A stretch of DNA of 63,712 nucleotides, filler included, from Octopus bimaculoides (taxonomy: Eukaryota), in NCBI RefSeq assembly GCF_001194135.2. It is 6 parts of 6 records of this genome, joined end to end, with 100 filler letters (N's around TTAATTAATTAA, not from the genome) between each part and the next. Parts side by side here need not be neighbours in the genome. Positions count along the whole stretch, not along the records: positions 56,405 to 62,594 come from NC_068990.1; positions 62,695 to 63,712 come from NW_026299665.1; 4 more parts are not named here. One strand, 5' to 3'. Position numbers and translations under genes: made by a program. Of this stretch, positions 61,311 through 63,712 are shown in pieces. Below the pieces are notes generated by a model that saw nothing but the letters and a program-made list of their open reading frames with translations, made no database searches and was not told where the DNA came from. Numbering within the stretch: position 1 is the first letter of the stretch; each line of letters opens with the position of its first letter.

Positions 61311-62545
61311 ACCGAATGTAAATAAAACTGTAGGCAGGAAAATTCCTGTATATTGTGCTCTAACGCAGAAGAGAGACTGAGTTTACAACTAATTCTCATA
61401 CATTAAATATCGTATTGTCGCTCTTTTGTTCTCTGATATTTTTTACTCTGCAATAGAATTTCCAAACTTTCATCCTTTGCTGGTTGTAGCTTCTTCTATA
61501 TCGCGACGTTCATGCGGTCGGCGCAGTACAAGATTTAACAATGGAACTAATTTACAAGTATTTGTAAAGAAAAGCTATGCAAGAATAATTATAAGAAGAT
61601 ATTCTACAACTTATTTCGCTTGAGAGTTAAAACTTCATTCTCTTTCCATGCACCGGGATAAATCAAGTACAATTATGTTAAGGAATATTCCAAATATGAA
61701 GAGATACACATTTCAATTTTACAAACCAACACCCCATAAAATACTGTCACAAGACATTCTAGTTTACATTTTACGAATCGTTCCAACCAGATATTTTAGA
61801 AGCTTTCACAGATTACTCGATTGCACATCCTTAGTTTACTTTACTCGTTCAATGCAGCATCTTAATCAGACATACGGACGGAACGGTGGCTTCGCTTAGT
61901 CTCACTCGTTATAAGAATTTAACTGAAGAAGTCTGTCATGTTCGTTCTACTTTTCGCCTGACAGCAAAATTACAAGTTTTAACTATATGAGTTGCAAAAT
62001 GACCCAGAAACAGGATACAAACATGTTTTATCGCATAATTGTTATGTCAAATGGGCTAATAATAATTTAAAACCTGCACTGAGAATGATACTTAATAATT
62101 ACTCAATCTGTACTTTTTGTTTCATGTAACTTAAACTATCAAATTATGCTTATTTTAATATTCGTCACAGTTCTGTTTAAGAATAATAGCCCGCAATTCA
62201 AGGAAAAAAACATATCTATTGATTTACACGTATATGTGAAAGCTATAAAGCTATTAATATTACAATAATTGTTTGAAAAAAAAAATGTAATTACTCTCGT
62301 TTTTTGTCAGACTATCACAAAAGTGAGAGTGTATGCACACAAGTGCACATGCATGCACACCTACAGACAGCCACACACAGCCATGCATACAGAAAAACAT
62401 ACATACACACTCGCGCAAACACGCAGTACTGACGACATCGAAGTAGAATTTCAGGTACATTCTACCACGTATTAACAAAGATATTTTACTATGTTCGATT
62501 TCGATTGAACATTCAATTAGTTACATTACACACACACACACACAT

Positions 62546-62594
<49 letters not shown>

Positions 62595-62809
62595 NNNNNN
62601 NNNNNNNNNNNNNNNNNNNNNNNNNNNNNNNNNNNNNNTTAATTAATTAANNNNNNNNNNNNNNNNNNNNNNNNNNNNNNNNNNNNNNNNNNNNTGGTGA
62701 TCTCATATCAAGATAAACAGCGCATGACCTTACAGGTGAGGCCCAGTTAGAATTTTCTTCAGCTCGAGTAGCCCACCCTGCTCAAATACTCCTTGGATAA
62801 GGGTTGTTT

Positions 62810-62834
62810 ATTATTATCATCATCATCATCATCA

Positions 62835-62877
<43 letters not shown>

Positions 62878-63113
62878 TAGTTTCATTATTTATTGTTGTC
62901 GTCATCATCATCATCATCATCATCATCACTAACCACTGTCACTACAACCACTACTACAACCACCACTACTACAACCACCACTACTACAGCCACTACTACT
63001 ACAACCGCCACTACTACAACCACCACTACTACAACCACTACTACTACAACCGCCACTACTACAACCACCACTACTACAACCACCACTACTACAACCACGA
63101 CGACGATGACGAC

Positions 63114-63158
<45 letters not shown>

Positions 63159-63180
63159 CACCACCACCACCACCACCATT
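62810..63180. repeat. Compound trinucleotide array (ATC)n-(ATT)n-(AACCAC[CAC]TACTAC)n-(GAC)n-(CAC)n
   Basis: Direct reading; the middle part has 12/15-nt higher-order units. Confidence 0.92.
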
Positions 63181-63524
63181 ATATTTCTACTTTCATCTCT
63201 TTTTTTGTTTTTTCCTTATTTTATAGAATTCTAATGTACAAACGAAAGAAGCAAGTTTTCAAGATTCTTTTGCAATTTCTGGCTTTGTTTAGTTATATTT
63301 CTGAACAAATACCATGAGAAAAATTTGCATGATTTAACAAATCATGAATTACAATATTGTCAAATTAACTTGTTTTATTAATTAGAATAAATAATTCATC
63401 CATTTTTGTATTTAGTATAATCAGACAATAGGGAGAAAGGGGGAGAGGAGCAGAGATTGTTAAAAGCGAAGAACAGCAACTGTTTGGCACCATAATTCTG
63501 ACTGTTGGTGTAAGAACAATAGTG

Positions 63525-63525
63525 G

Positions 63526-63605
<80 letters not shown>
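63525..63605. repeat. (GAT)n microsatellite
   Basis: Direct reading. Confidence 0.95.
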
Positions 63606-63606
<1 letters not shown>

Positions 63607-63712
63607 TACTGGTAACGGTGATAACGATGGTAGACAATGACAATTATGATGATGAGAGCACTGCAGATGACAATGATGGGGATGATGATTAATATTGGCA
63701 ATGATGATGGTA

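Noticed and set aside
62793-63317. His/Tyr-rich ORF (NHHYY repeats) as a cephalopod His-rich structural protein
   Set aside because: It is a pure trinucleotide array open in several frames, with no ATG context or real signal peptide. It lacks the Gly-His motifs of beak/sucker proteins.

Overview
AT-rich, gappy eukaryotic genomic DNA. It is most likely octopus (inferred from the tRNA-derived SINE families, dense (TA)n/(CA)n/(TACA)n/(GATA)n microsatellites and the gap markers). I found no intact host protein-coding gene, true tRNA/rRNA gene or CRISPR array. Almost every ORF in the supplied track is a microsatellite, N-gap or transposon artefact. The window is a repeat graveyard: about 40 SINE copies from several modular families, four mariner (DD34D) remnants (one near full-length, 35376-36625, and one MITE), three maT/DD37D-like remnants, RTE and CR1-type LINE fossils, and Penelope-like (PLE) traces. 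The most interesting signal is three distinct families of minimal type-I hammerhead-ribozyme motifs. All have palindromic, dimer-type stem III, and two have non-canonical cores (CUG(U/C)UGA and CCGAUGA). One family sits in a ~150-bp module, present three times and bordered by microsatellites. Also notable is a ~1.4-kb nested inverted SINE arrangement (4975-6398) that could form long dsRNA. SINE family letters A-F are my own working labels. Element boundaries are read by eye and approximate unless TIR/TSD coordinates are given.
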